A DNA stretch of 64,000 nt from Octopus sinensis (taxonomy: Eukaryota), in contig NC_042999.1 in NCBI RefSeq assembly GCF_006345805.1, forward strand, positions 149,854,001-149,918,000, written 5' to 3'. The position numbers were made by a program, and so were the translations under genes. This document shows, one piece after another, positions 22,984 through 37,900 of this stretch. Under the pieces are notes generated by a model. It searched no databases. It saw only the letters and a list, made by a program, of their open reading frames with translations, and was not told the DNA's origin. Every line of letters starts with the position of its first letter. The stretch's first letter is position 1.

Positions 22984-25900
22984 CTGAAAAAAAAGAAAAA
23001 AAAAAAATCGTTTTAGAAAATAATAATAATCAAAAGCAGGAAACAAGGAAACATTTTATTTGAATTTTCTATTAGAATAAAGAAGTGAAAAGAAGTTATA
23101 TAGATATATTTAAATGAAACAAAAAAAACTTTAATTTATGTTCAACACGTTCTCCCTATTAAGTAAAATCTCAAAACAACTCCATGAGACCTGAGAAGTA
23201 ACTAATGAATTGTTTTTGTCTTTCTTTTTTGTTAGAGAACACAAAATATTTGTCATTAACTTAATAATGTAATTAAAGCTTCAATAGAAAGTTCTGTGCT
23301 AATTTCCAATAATACGTGGAATAAGTGAGATTGTTAAAATTGCAATTATTAATTAAATACAGTGGGGATAATGAAAGAAACTTACAATAACTGGTATGTT
23401 ACTATTGATAGTGACTTTGAGATCTTTCAGTTGTTCTTGTACAACTTTTGATTGGTACAAAGTGTTCAAGCGTTCATTGTCTTCTTTTAAAAGATGTTTC
23501 AAAGATTTATGTGGTACAGTGTACTTCATTCGAATATTTGTAGACCAGTTAGTATTCTGCAGCCAAAATGGGTCACGAGGTAAACGTTTATTTTTTCTTA
23601 CACTTCCAGGATCACTAAAAATCTGGAAAAAAAAAAAAGAAAAACAAAATAAGAAAAACAAAAAAAAGAAGTCAATATTTATCTTAACACTTAACATTAT
23701 GAGCTTCAGGTAAACAAACAAAATAATTATAAAAAATATATAACAAAAAAAAAAAAATTTTTTTTTCAGAAAGTTAAAATGTTTGGCAATCACAAGCAGT
23801 CTGTATTTGAAAATTATCAAGATATCCTAAAATTATTTTTAGAATTAAATAGAATATCTTTTATTTAATGCAGGAAATATTACAAAAATAGTCAACGTAC
23901 ATCCGGGCAAGGCGAACTAGTGTTGCAGCTGCCAGTTTCAAGGAGGTACATGAGGGATGAACTAGTTTCCTCTTGAGATGTTGTACTGCAGGAGCTTTCA
24001 GAAATTTTGAGGTTATGTTTACTTAGAGCTCCTTGTAAATTCTAGTAAGAAAAATAAAAACAAAAGGTTAAATACAGGTTGTTGCTATATTTCACAATTA
24101 ATTAAAAAACACAGGTGAAAACTTTGCAACAACTTTTTCAACAATAGTACAATATCTATTGTTGTAAGTAAAATTGTCGAATAATTTATTCAACTTTAAC
24201 TGATACAGACTGTTCAATACACTACTCTAACTCTTGAGTATACTCCCCAACACAACCTAATTTTCAGCAAGAGATTAGACTAGTTTACTTAATACCTTAA
24301 TTCCCCAATGAACCTCTAACAATTCCCAATTGTTACAAAAATGGAATTCTTCTAAAGTAATAACACAAACATAAAATTTACTTCACTCTATCCATTAATT
24401 TTATAATTTAATATTTGTTTTCCCATGCTAGCTTGCCTAAAATGAGAATAAATTTTGAAGCAGGATTTTTATGGTCAGAAGCACTTATCATTAACCCTTG
24501 CCTATTCTCAAGTAAGAGATTTTTATTTCAATGCAATTCGAAAGTGCAGAGCTAGCAGACAATTTTGTAGACAAGAAATGTCAGTGAACTTCACTGTTTA
24601 CAGCACAACCAGAATAATGAGATCATTGTTTGTAACTGAGTTACAACTCAAATATTCAAATAGAGGAGAGAATGATTTAACATTAACTAATAATATAAAA
24701 TCAATTAAGAAAAAGAAAAAGGAAATATTTACCCTTGATGACATCATTGACTCTTTTCTATTTGTATTTGGACCACTACTAGATGTAATCTTGGTTTCTT
24801 GAGATTTACTTTTGGTCAGATTAGCAGTATTATGTGAATATGGAACAGGAGTATTGAATGCATGGAACAATCCAGGGACTGATTGATAGAATCTTCCAAC
24901 AAGTTGTGTTGCTACAAATGGCATACCTTAAATAAACATTTAAATAAGAATGTTATTTTCAAAAATAGTATTAGTAAAAAGAATAAAACATTGCTGGGGA
25001 AGAAATTTAAATTCATATCATTGCTATTATGTTAAACTGATATATGTCCAAATGCGTTTTTTGCAATATTTATTTTTGCTTGCAATAGCCGGTTCTTTTG
25101 GTCAAGCTATCATATCTCCAGCTGCTTTAGATGCCAAGATATCAAAAATTTTCAAAGTGTAGTACAACAGTTTTGCTATGGAATAGTGTAACTATTTTTT
25201 TGTTTTCTGAAAAAGCAATGGTTTGGACTTATGACACTTTTGCATTATAGCAACAATATGAATATTCATGTATGTATGATGTTACTGAGCATGAATGATG
25301 GTGTACACAAAAGTACTGAAAGAAAGATTGGCATTAAAGTATGTAGATGGTAAATAAAAGCATGTGACACATCTAGAGGATTCTAGTTACATAAAGAAGA
25401 GCTCAGAGTTTCAAATAGATGGAACCTTTGAAAAAGGGAGGCACAACCCAACCTGGGCAAATATAGAAAAATGTGTGTAAAATGAAGTTGGTGGTGGCAA
25501 TGGAAAATTAAATGCAAGATATCTATACTGGAGATTCTCTTGACCATTCTGTTGAAATTAAGTTTCCATATAACTGCTCTCCCCATTTTTTCATAACACT
25601 TATCTCCTCACTGTCACTCTTATCATAATGCCTGTGCAACAAGGGATGGCATTGCATTGAATCCATAGATATTCAATGCTCTACTTACCACCAACCTTTC
25701 TTTATCCCTAGCCATGACTCTCTTTCCACTCACTCCTACCACTCATTACTGATATCCATCACTTCCACTCTTACCATTAAGTATCTTTATTTCTATCCAC
25801 CACCCTCCCCCTCCCCCAATTCTATCACCCTGTTTCCCCATCATAATGCACATACTGCTTCTATTCCATCACATTACCAACAATCCTTATGCAGCTGTCT

Positions 25901-28900
25901 CTCACTCTAGCTTTACTCTCTTCTCTTTCAGCCTTTTTCTTTGGTCCTCTTCTCTTTACTTGCTGGGACAAGGCAACAGAGGGAGTGGAAGGTTCTTTCA
26001 GTTTTGCCAGAAACAAAATAACTTCTCTCAAGGGCTGGTGCCACTATAAAATGCACCATGTAGCACTCAAATAGTTTGGCAATAGAAAGGCATCTAGCCA
26101 TAGAAACTGTGTCACAAATGGAATACAGGATTGGGCATGGTCCCTGACATGTCTAGGAGGATAGTAACTGAATAAGAACTAACTTGGAACCAGAACCCAT
26201 GCTAAATTAGAATTGCTCATGCTAATATGTAAAAGTGAACAGGAAACTGATGATAATTTTGTTTGGTGATATATTATAAAGAATTATATAAAGTATGATT
26301 ATCAGAACATTCTAATTACAGTTAATAAGAAATATGTAAATGTTACAATTTTTTTTCATCTCTAATGAATAAACTACTGTATTTTAATGTGTATAAGGAA
26401 CCCCATAAAATTTGGAAAAAGGTTTTTTGTAAGGGATTATAATACTATCCCTATATAAAAAAAAACTCCCATATATTTTTAACCTAATTTTTGGAAAAAA
26501 AAAAGGTTCCTTATACTCGTTAAAATATGGTAATAATCAACTAAAAACATCATTTTCAGTCATATTATACTAGAAGTAATATTTCAAAAGAACTAAATGA
26601 AAGCTGGAATCAAGACAAGGAACAAAAATGTAATCTATGAGATGCAATGGTTGCAAGATTAAAGAGTTGAGTTACCAGTCATAGGTTCAAATCTTACCAT
26701 CACCAGTGTAATTGTTCCTGGGTTCATAACTTACTATTACTAGCACTAGTGTATTTGTTCCTGGGCTCTGCTTGGTAGAAAAGTGTCACTGCTACTTCAC
26801 TGTTGAGAAGTTAACAATAAGAACAATTTCTAATGAAAATGATTCTTTTTCAAACAGTAACAATGTTCCAAAACCCTTAATAGATCATTGGATCACTACT
26901 GGATGCTTCATCTTCACAGAATGTTATGGACAGGTCATCTCACTAAGCTACTGACTGAACACAGAAATTGTAGATATGATGCATGCAATATCTCAACTGG
27001 AGGACTAAACTGACATAACAGATTTAGCACAGTCTTTGATACTTGTTTTTAGAATACATATCTGAATGTATACATACAATCAATCTAACAATAAAATCAT
27101 TCAAACTTTAATATCAGTTCATAATTAAATTAAATAAAAAATAACAAGCCCATAACTTTTCTTGTTCATTATAGAAATAGACAGTAATTTTGATTTTAAA
27201 ACAGACCTTATGAAAATTCTAGTTGTTATAAAATCCATATTTCATACCAGGAGCTCTTTTAGTAGCAGTTAGCAAAATAAAAAATATTCCTTTCTCAACC
27301 TCATAGCTGTGGGAGCTCTTTAGTTTTGTGAGTCACAGTATGAACTCATTTGTGCTGGTGCCATGATAAAATGTACCCAATACACTCTGAAGAGTGGCTG
27401 GCAAACCAAGCAATACGAAGTAAGGTTGAAAGGATTCTTAAGTTTTGTTGCTGCCAAAACTGACTGAGTGAGATGTGGGCTTTCAACCTGTCTAGGAGAT
27501 TGGTAACTCCAAATAAAAACTAACTTGCAATATAAAGAAACATCCAATTCATGCCAGCATAGAAAAATGGATGTAAGATTGTGATAATGATGTTTTTAAA
27601 TATGATATATTCTTTCAATAAAAAGTATAGAAACAGCCCCAAAACATTATTAAAGTTGACATAAAATACTATCTTTACCTGTTTGTGTGTAACAAGGCCA
27701 GTATGTAGTTGGCATAGAAGCAGTTGTAGTATTTTGAGTGTAGTTCATTGAACTAACATTATGAGTGGAATTATTAGATGTCATATGCATTGCAGGATCA
27801 TACTGCAACACTGGAATAGCCTGTTGGAAGTTTTGCTGGAAGGCATTTTGTACATTTGGAAACTGGACTTGGGTGGGATATTTTGAGTAAGGCATATTTA
27901 CAGGATATGTGGGCCGGTAGAACTGAGGATGAAGAGGTGTTTTGTTGAAAATTTGAGATGAACTTAGTTGCTGATTTGTCATTTGAGCTTGTTGCATATT
28001 TGTAGGGTATATTTGAGATTGGTCTAATCTTGGTACTTTAGAAGGTGGATAATCTTCCTGATCAGAGCTGGATAGTTTGTGCCGATTAGGGTGTTGGGTA
28101 GTATTTCTGTTACTGCTATTATCTGAACTTCGACCTCGATCCAACTCAAAAAGACTAGAATCACTGGTAGCTTGCTGCACATATAAGCGCTCCTGTAACT
28201 GCGTATGCATTCGCAAAACTTCCGGCGTTAAACTGACTGGTTGATATAAACTCTGTCCATCAAAAGAAACTGAAGGTGGTGCAGTGGATATAGAAAGTTC
28301 TTTATGTATGTTAAAATCTTCTAAATAATCATCTGCAGGTGGACTGGTTGCATCTCGGGGTTCTTGGTCAGAAACAAGTACCTAAAAGTTGAAAAAAAAA
28401 AAAAAAATGATTATTTTAAAATAAAACTGCTTTGTAGCTTGATATTTAAATTACTGTAATATTTCAAATAATCCTAATGACTGCATACCTCCATATACAG
28501 ACATACACATACAAAAAAGTGGATACATGCATATATGTATCCTCCACATTGTCATCAAATTAACATCCACTTTTCCATGCTTGAACGTAAAAAGCACCCA
28601 CTATACTCTCGGAGTGGTTGGCGTTAGGAAGGGCATCCAGCCGTAGAAACTCTGCCAGATCAAGATTAGAGCCTGATGCAGTCATCTGGTTCGCCAGCAC
28701 TCAGTCAAAATCGTCCAACCCATGCTAGCATGGAAAGCGGACGTTAAACGATGATGATATATATATATATATTTGTAGAAAGAAGAAAACTAAAAACAAA
28801 ATTACAAGGAAAAAGCAACTTACTTTTGTACTGCTTCCAAAGCTTGGTGGATTCAAAATAGGTATATCTACGGGAACAAAATCTGTATCGGCACAGAAAT

Positions 28901-31900
28901 CACTGCAATCTGAAATAATGCAAAATACAAAGAATAAAGAAAATGTAAAATACTCCAGTAAATGCTTTATATACCAACAAATGTTAGTCACAAACTATTC
29001 TCAAAATAAAACAGAAAAAGCAGCCAAACTTCTAATTTATTAAGTTAGAGAATAAACAGAATGTCTTGCACTCAACTTATAGGCACTCAAAGAGGATACC
29101 AACTGCAATCTGAGAGGGACAGTGAAAGCCACAGGCTCAGATCCTTTCCTCCAGATCAAATCTGCTTCAAGTCTACAAGGCTCAAGAGACTGGAACCTAT
29201 CCAGATTTTCAAGATGCTTAAGCTGAGAATACAATATGCTCCCATCCCATGAACAGAACACCAGACCATTACAAACTTAACTTGCAATGACCACTGGTAC
29301 TTGTTTTCAGATGAATGTACAGGAAGGAGATGAAATGGTGTACCTTGTTCAAGAACACAATGTACTACCCAATCTGAAAATTGAGCTCACAAACTAACAA
29401 TTGCAAGCCCACCACCTTAACCACTAGACCAAACCATAATAGAAAAAAAGGGGGAAAAGAAACATCACAAGCCTAATACTTGGGTAAAATGGCAAGCTGA
29501 CAGATTCATTAGCATGCAGGACGTTGTTTAGTGGCATCTTTTTTTTGACTCTTTATGTTCTGAGTTCAAATCCTGCTGAGGTCAACTTTGGAGTTGATGA
29601 AACAAAATACCAGTTAAGTACTGGAATTAATGTAATCAATTTGTCCCTTCTCTTTGAAAAATTGCTGGCCTGCAACAGACTGGAATCCTCTTCAGAGAAA
29701 TGTTGTGATGTCAGTCACTTATAAGCCTTGGATATGGGTTATTATCTTATTTTTCTTGAGAACAGTTCTAGGTCTCAAGAAAAATAATAAGATAATAAAA
29801 AAATTCTTGGATGCCTTTAGTTGAGTTCAATGTATCTCAAGCATGATCTCTCAACCCACATCAAGCTGGGATTTAGCTGCATCTATCTCACTAGTTTAAT
29901 AGGGTTCGCAAAAGCCATGGACACATTGTCCCATCACCCTTGGCTAACTAAAAAAAACAAAATTTTCAAAATACTGATGAAAAGGGATCAAATTTGGTTG
30001 GCACCAGTGTCGAGTTTAGCTGTAATTTCTTTACCTATCATTAATGCTGATAATGTTGTACTTTAATGAAATATTCACAGAGTGGCTTATTTAAGACAAA
30101 ATTCTAAGTTGAAGTAAAAAACAAAAAGCCAAATAAATACATATTTTTTTTGTATTAAATTCAAGACAAAACTTACTCTCTGACTTTACTTGTTTTGAAT
30201 CTTCTTTATCTGAATTATCAGAATGATATGTTTTGGGCTGGCTCAGCAGAAATCTGGAAAATAGAATTGATAAATAGTAATAAAAATAATTACAAGTTTT
30301 AAGATATTTCACGTTCAAAAACTCAAGGAATATATCCAAAAAAATTGTCACGTTATGTCACCATGAATGATCTGCTATTGTATAGTTTATATGAATGTAT
30401 GCTATGATGTTTCGCAGTTGTACCTGTCTGGCAAATCACTCGATCTGAGACTGTGTTTTGAAACTGAAGAAACTGCCTCACAGAAGAGCAATTCTGAAAA
30501 GACAAACTATTAAATTCATTCATTTTTCAAAGTGTTAAAATTTTCATCACACTAACTGCAACCTTGTTGGTTGCTGCCACAGTTCTGCCATGCTAAAACA
30601 AAGAATTGCAGTGGAACTGTCAATGACCAGGTCACAGTGATGTAATGAAAATCTTAACACTTCAATAAATAAAAAACAAATTTAAAAGGTTCTTTCATGT
30701 ATGTATGTGTGTTGACGACGAAAAGTGCTCTAATTACTATATTATGATGATAATATTGTCATCAACAAACCATTGACATAAATCATTTAAAGAATTATAG
30801 GCACAGAAATGGCTGAATGACAAGTTTGCCTCCCAATCACATGGTTCTTGGTTCAATTCCACTGCATGGCACCTTGGACAAGTGTTTTTCAACACTATCC
30901 TTGGGCCAACCAAAGCCCTACGAGTAGATTTGGTAGATGGAAACTAAAAGAACCTGTATGTGTGTGTGTGTGTGCATGTATATCTGTGTTTGTGCTCCAC
31001 CACCACTTGACAACTGGTTTTGGTATGTTCATGTCCCTGTAACTTAGTGGCTTGATAAGAGAGACTGATCAGTACCAGGTACACACACATACACACCATC
31101 ACTGCTTTAATGCCCACTTTTCCATGCATGCTTGCATTGGGTGAATGAATTTTCCATGACTGGATGCCCTTCCTTTTGCCAACTCTCATCTGTTTCCAAG
31201 CAAGGAAATATTTCCCCATGACCAGACATGTTTTCACAGAATATTGGAAATAAATGACACTGCCTGTATGACAGCAACACACATTTAAAACTACTATGTG
31301 ATCTAAAGACAAGGAGGTACATACAAACACATGCATATTACACACACACACATACGCACAACAGGCTACTTTCAGTTTGTCTACCAAACCCACATACAAG
31401 GCTTTGGTTGGCTCAGGATGGACAATGGTGGGAGACACTTGGCAAAGGAAGAACAGTAAATTTGAAAAAAATCCGATAATTTGTAGAAAAGACATTACAA
31501 AATGTGACTATTTACAAATTTAATGGATCAACAGCAACGAAAAACAAAAACAAACTAATGTAAAATCTAGAGTTGCAACTGCAAACAATAAATGCAAATG
31601 GTTTTAAATATTTGTCAATATGGCTGAACGCATTATAATAGTCAGCTAATAAGTTTGATTAAAATATGGATGTTAGTAAAGAGCAGAAAGAGAAACACTT
31701 ACCGCCTAATGTTGTAGGAATAGTTCAGCTGTTCATATGTAACGGATGTGTCTGAGTCAAATTGTAATGGAGGGGAACTGGAGTGTGATACAGCTGGACT
31801 AACATTGCCATCATTCTAATAATAAAATAATAATTTTGACATTGAAATATCTATCAAAAGACCAACAAATTTGCAAGAAAGACTGTTTATATTCATTTGA

Positions 31901-34900
31901 TTAAGCAAATACTGAGATATTTAAGTCAACTTATATGTTAGTCTAGACAGGACAACAGCATTTTAATTAAATGACAGATTATTGGTAATTAACAGAGAAT
32001 ATTAAAATATAATTTCATTTTATTTATTAAAAAAAACGTAATCCTTAATAATGTTAATATGAAATCAAGATAGGGCCTAACTATATATAACTTGTATTTT
32101 GAATACAAGTCATCATCATCATTTAATGTTTATCTTCCCTGCTGGCATGAGTCGAGCAGTTTGACAGGATCAAACAAGTTGGAGGATTGCATCAAGTTCC
32201 AATATCTCTTTTGGCATAGCTTCTACATATGGATACCCTTCCTAATGCCAATTCCCTTACAATGTACTGGGTGCTTTTTCTCTGACACCAGCACTAGTGA
32301 GGCTGCTAAGTAACTAGCAAGACAAAGAAAAGGTCCCTAGACTGATTGGGGTTATAGTATAGAGGGAGGTGGCTTTACACCAGGTGTTGAGAGGTTAAAC
32401 TATGATGGTGGGACAGGCACAGGTGTCTTGCTATAGAGGAGTTACATGGCTATCCAACATTATATAGGAGTGGGTGAAAATAGTAAGAAAAGGGGACAAT
32501 TGTGTTGGTGACAAGTGTCAGAGTATACCCTCAAGATATAAGAAGGTGAGTATAAGAGAGAATATGGAATGAGACGTCTGGTGGTTTGTTGTGCTTGAGA
32601 AGACACGTCAAGCTAAGTAAAATTGTGGCTGTTCATGCACACAGATATGTCTTCTATATCTCTCTCTCAGTTGAGAGATCCTAGTCTTGCAGGCTCATGG
32701 ATGCTGGGGTCATGTTAAAGTATCCAGCACATACACTCTGTAAAGTAGTTGGCATTAGGAAGGGCAGCCAACCCTTGAAACTATGCCAAAGCAGACAAAT
32801 GGAGCCTGGTGCAGCTCTCCAACTGCCAGTTCCAGTCAAACCATCCAACTAATGCTAGCACGGAAAACAGACGTAAAATGAAGATGATGATGGGCAAAGA
32901 ATCAGGAAGAATGTTAAACTGAATTCAAAAAAAAAAAAGGTAAATCAGCAGTAACTGATTAAACTTACCGGACAATATATTACATCATCAACAAAACTAC
33001 CCGCTGTCATAAAACCTTCTTTTGATTGTACTTCTGATCTGCAGGTTTCTAAAAATTAGAAAAAAATTGAATAAAAATATAGGTTGATCGAAACTTTTGA
33101 TAATTTTTAAACAAAATAACTGGTTAGCAGTAATTTCAATAAGAAAATGGGATGACAAGAGATAACCACAAGAGTAGCAGAATTATAATACAAAAAGAAG
33201 TTAACAGATGTTTACTTACCAAAAACAGCTAAAAGATTATTAGTCTCTAAAATTTTACAAACAAAACAGTAAAGAAGATCAGTTAAAAAAGAATCAAATT
33301 ATTTTATATGTTCCATGATTAAAACGAAGTATTTAATCACCATTCACCAATAAATAAAAACCTAAAAATCTGCTACTCACTCCACAATCATTGCCATCAC
33401 TTGTGGTTTCTATTTTACCTTTCTTCAAATAATAGAATGCAAAGAAGGTTTTTCTATAACAATTTACACACATTTGTTTAAATTATTGAGTCAAATGATA
33501 GATACCATGATTACATCCAATAATAATTTTAACTCTAATTTTGACAAAAGGCCAGCAATTAGGGACAAGTTGATTACATTGACACCACCCCCCACTGCTG
33601 ACTGGTAATTATTTTATTGATACTAAAAGAATGAAAGGCAGAATTTGAACTCATGTAAATGGCCATGAGAAATGCTGCTAAGCAGTTTATCCAAATAGCT
33701 AATAATTCTGCAAGTTTGCTGCCTTATAGTCAATAATGATAATGTTGGAGAGAAAGCAATAATTCAAGCTGATAACAGAACAGTCAAGAATATAAGACGC
33801 TAGTTAATATTAGATAGTTCATCCGACATGATGGTGTCACACCAAATGGTTGACAATCATTATCACTGCTACAATAATATGTTTGACAATTTGGCAGATA
33901 TCAACATGCATCAACAAATAATTTGCTTGCAAAGATATTAACAAAAGCTAAAAACAAGTTAGACTAATTTGTCCAGAGTAGCTGCACTAATGAATAGAGT
34001 GTGTTAAAAACATACATTCACCATCAAGTTGTTCTCCTGCTAATGAAAGACAACAGTGATTAACATATTCACATTTGAAGCTACCAGAACAAATTAAGAA
34101 GTCATTGTTGATATGCTTAAGTTAAGTTGTAGAGAGAAAAAAAAATCTTTACTAACTTGTTGTAGATATATTCACCACAAGAGAAGGTGGAGATTTTGCA
34201 ACAGCAGGTTTTTGTTTGCTAAGTGGTTTATTTCTAGCTGGAACAAGGAAAGACTTCTCAGTTGTCTGTTGTAATAGAATTTCTTGAATCATCCGTTGCA
34301 ATTTCTGTCCTTGAATTTGACTTTCTTCAGACAATTTTGAGTAGGAGTTGTTTGTATCCTCATCAAAAACATTAGGATTTTCAGGGATTCTAGTAGAAAA
34401 GAAAGTAAAACAGATATAATTTTTTAAATTTTAAACATACAATGAATAACAACTTTGCTGCTGCAAGACAAAGCAAACCACTCTAGCTATGATGGTTTTA
34501 AGTGGATTTTTAGGAACTATGGTTAAAAATATTAATTCGTAAAATGTAATAAAAATAATTAACTTAAATTATAAAGAAAATTAATGTTATTCTATAGTAA
34601 AGAAGTAGAATAAAAATGGTTAAAAAAATATGAATCCCTCACACACAAAAAAAAAGAAAAAGCTTAAATATAAATTTCTTTGGCTTTAATAATTACTTGA
34701 GTGAAATCAGACTAACAGCTCTCCAGAAGTTGTTACTAACAGGATAACTCTATTTCAAGTTTTATCTACATCATTTAAATTAAAAGTTAAAAACAGCTAT
34801 ACAATAAAATCCTTAATCTCCAAGAAATTAGGACAAAACTTAATAAAAGATTATAAAATATTTACCTGACTACAGTGTGCTGGCCATTTACATCTTCAAG

Positions 34901-37900
34901 TCTTTTGGACCATTGATTGAGAGTAGCTGACCATTCAGTTTCAACATAAACCCAGCTTTGGTTTCGTGTCCGTAAACGGTAGGGCTCACTCTTAAAACGG
35001 AACCCTTGGGTTGACACAACTGAAACAAAAAAGATTACTCATGTAGCAGAATACTATGTTGCCCAGAAAACAAATGAGTTGGTGGACAATTTTGTGAAAA
35101 AGAATTAATGAATCTGTAACATGCTTATATTCTTTGTTTAATGTTGAGCCTCATTGAGGAGTTCCTTTCAAGCATTGGGCCTCACAGAGGCAAACTGGCC
35201 GAGTTCCTTTTGAGTGTTGGGTCTCACAGAGGCAATGTTCGAGACCTTTGGCATTATGTCATGGCAGGTATTGATGTCACACAAATGGCACCCATGCTGG
35301 TGGCACATAAAAGCACCCATTACACTATCAGAGTGGTTGGCATTAGGAAGGGTATCGAGCCATAGAAAACCATGCCAAATCAGACTGGAGTTAGGTGCAG
35401 CCTTCCAGCTTACCAGCCTAGGTCAAACCGTCCAACCTGTGCCAGCATGGACAACGGACGTTAAATGATGATGATGATTCAAAAATGTCTTATCTCTGGC
35501 AGAACTTAGACAAACAATTCCTAGTGAACAGCTTCATGAGCAATGCTTTCAGTTATTTTTTACTTTGAGCACTGACAAAGATTGTTTTTGCTTTCAACAT
35601 GTTGACATTCAACACATAAGCTAAGGCATGCACACACACACAATAGACAGGTATCCTCTCACATTTTAAGAATGTTGCTGTCAAGTGGAGCTGTAGCATG
35701 CAAGTGATTGGTGTTAGGAAGGACATCCAGTTACAGAAACCACACCAAAGCAGGTACTGGAATCTTGTGCAGTCCTCTGGCTTGGCAATTCTTGTTGAAC
35801 CATCCAACCCTTGCCAGCATGGAAAACCGGCGTTAAATGATGAATATTTTTCTCTGGACTTTCCAATCATATAACATGGCAATCAATGACATTGGCTTTG
35901 AGTTACAAGATTTCAAAATTATAGCATAATTTTCAGGAATGTAAAGCTTCTATAACACAACAAATGCTTGTATCAGAAATATTCATATATGATTACTTAG
36001 TGTGTACAAACAAAGTTCCAACAAAATATACCCTTTGTTGGTGGTCTTTATTTGCATACAATTAGAAATTTGCAGAGTCACATATTCTAAGTAATTTGGC
36101 AGCAAATTCAAACAGAATTTTTTGAGGTAGATTTTCTATGGCTGGATGCTCTTCCTGTTGCCAAACCTAACTCACTTTCAAGCAAGGTGATATTTTCTCA
36201 TAGCTAGACATGCGTTTTATAGAAAGCTGGGAGCAAACCTTAATTGTATGATGATGATACTCAGTTATGACCATCATATAATGTCTAGGTGTGGATGCAT
36301 ACAAACACACATGTATACATGAAGCTGTTCACTAGAATAAAAACTGAGAGTTGGTAACATATTTGCCCCAAAATTGAAATATTAGAGAAATACATAATAA
36401 TAGAATAGCATGAAAAAGTCAAGTTAACAAAAGAGAAATGAAGGAAGTTGAGCACACAGATGACTGGAAACTGACCTTTTTGATAAACAGTCTGTAAGTA
36501 CGTCAAATCATCAGGATGATAGAGTTCAAATATAGACATGCCTATTAGATCCTGAGGCAGGAAACCCAGTAAAGTAATTGCACTGAAATAAACAAGAAAA
36601 TAATTAAAGATTCTGCTTTGCTTATAATTTATGATAACTAAGTTATTTTACTAAATTCTTTGTTATATTTAAAGTAATTGAAAGAAACACAGAGCATCTC
36701 AATATAAATATAGTAATGAAAGGGTTAAATAGTGGTAAGCTACTAATACTAATATCTAAACTGAGATCAATATCAAATTTGCATTTATTCCATCCATTTT
36801 TACTGCCCACTATTCATGGGAGAGTTGTTTGAGTAAAGTCCCCAGGCAACCCTTCTATAGGGTTCTATCAGAAGCAATTGTCATTAGACTTTACAGTTGG
36901 ATTACCAAGTGTCACCAATCCTTAACTTCTTTTGGAAGAAAAGGATTTCTTTATTCCACAGGAAACTGGAAGTGCAGGAAGTGTCAAGATCTATTGACAG
37001 GAAATGTCAACAAACACTACCCATGGTGGCAAAGCCACAAATTGCAGTGTCACTGTTTGTAGCTGTAGCTCAGCATAGATTGTAAACATTCGGACATACA
37101 GACAGACACATGCATACACAGACACCCTAGGTACTTTTCAATTTCCATCAACCAAATTCCCTCACCAGGTAATAGTCAGCCTGGAGCTTTAGTAGAAGAT
37201 ATTTGCCAAAGGTGCCACTTAGTGGGACTGAACTCAAATCCATGTAGTTAAAAAACAATCTCCTTAACCACACAGTGATGTCCATGCTACCTTCTATAAA
37301 TTTTATGTCTTGTCGAAAGAAATTTTCGTTTGCCATGCTGTTTACTAGAAAGATCTTACAACACTACTGGTGGTGATAATGAGGGTGATAAAAATTGTGA
37401 CAGATTAGAGGCTGTTTTTACTCACCTGTTACTAATTAAGCTAAGGTTACAATAGAGATTATGAGTGGTTGAAAAAGTGAAGTCTTTGGGCATTGAACAT
37501 CCTGGATAAAAAAAAAAAAAACAATGGTAAAGAAATTAATTCCACTGGATACTTAAATACAATTAACATTTTAAATATTCATTTTTTAAAAAAATATCAG
37601 TCACAATTAGAAAATGCAAAGAAAATGTTATTTTCAGTTTTTAAATCATACGTTCTAAATTTCCCTGTCAGTATTAGATTTTTAAAAAAATAACTGATTA
37701 TTTCTAAATTTAATCCCATTTAAAGTTAAGAAATGTGAATGTTTAAGATGATCTTTGAAGTTATTATATTGTTATATATAAATTAATTTTAAAATCATTA
37801 TAGTCAACAGCTTTAAGGATAAAAGAAATCAATCTTTCAGATTATTAAGGTTTCTCTATAAATACAAATATATATCTTATAATGTGATATGTAACAAAAG

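Noticed and set aside
21616-23820. ORF-track N-termini of 21616-23046 and 23353-23820
   Set aside because: The F/L-rich leaders are intronic polypyrimidine tracts; the true exons start at 22983 and 23622.
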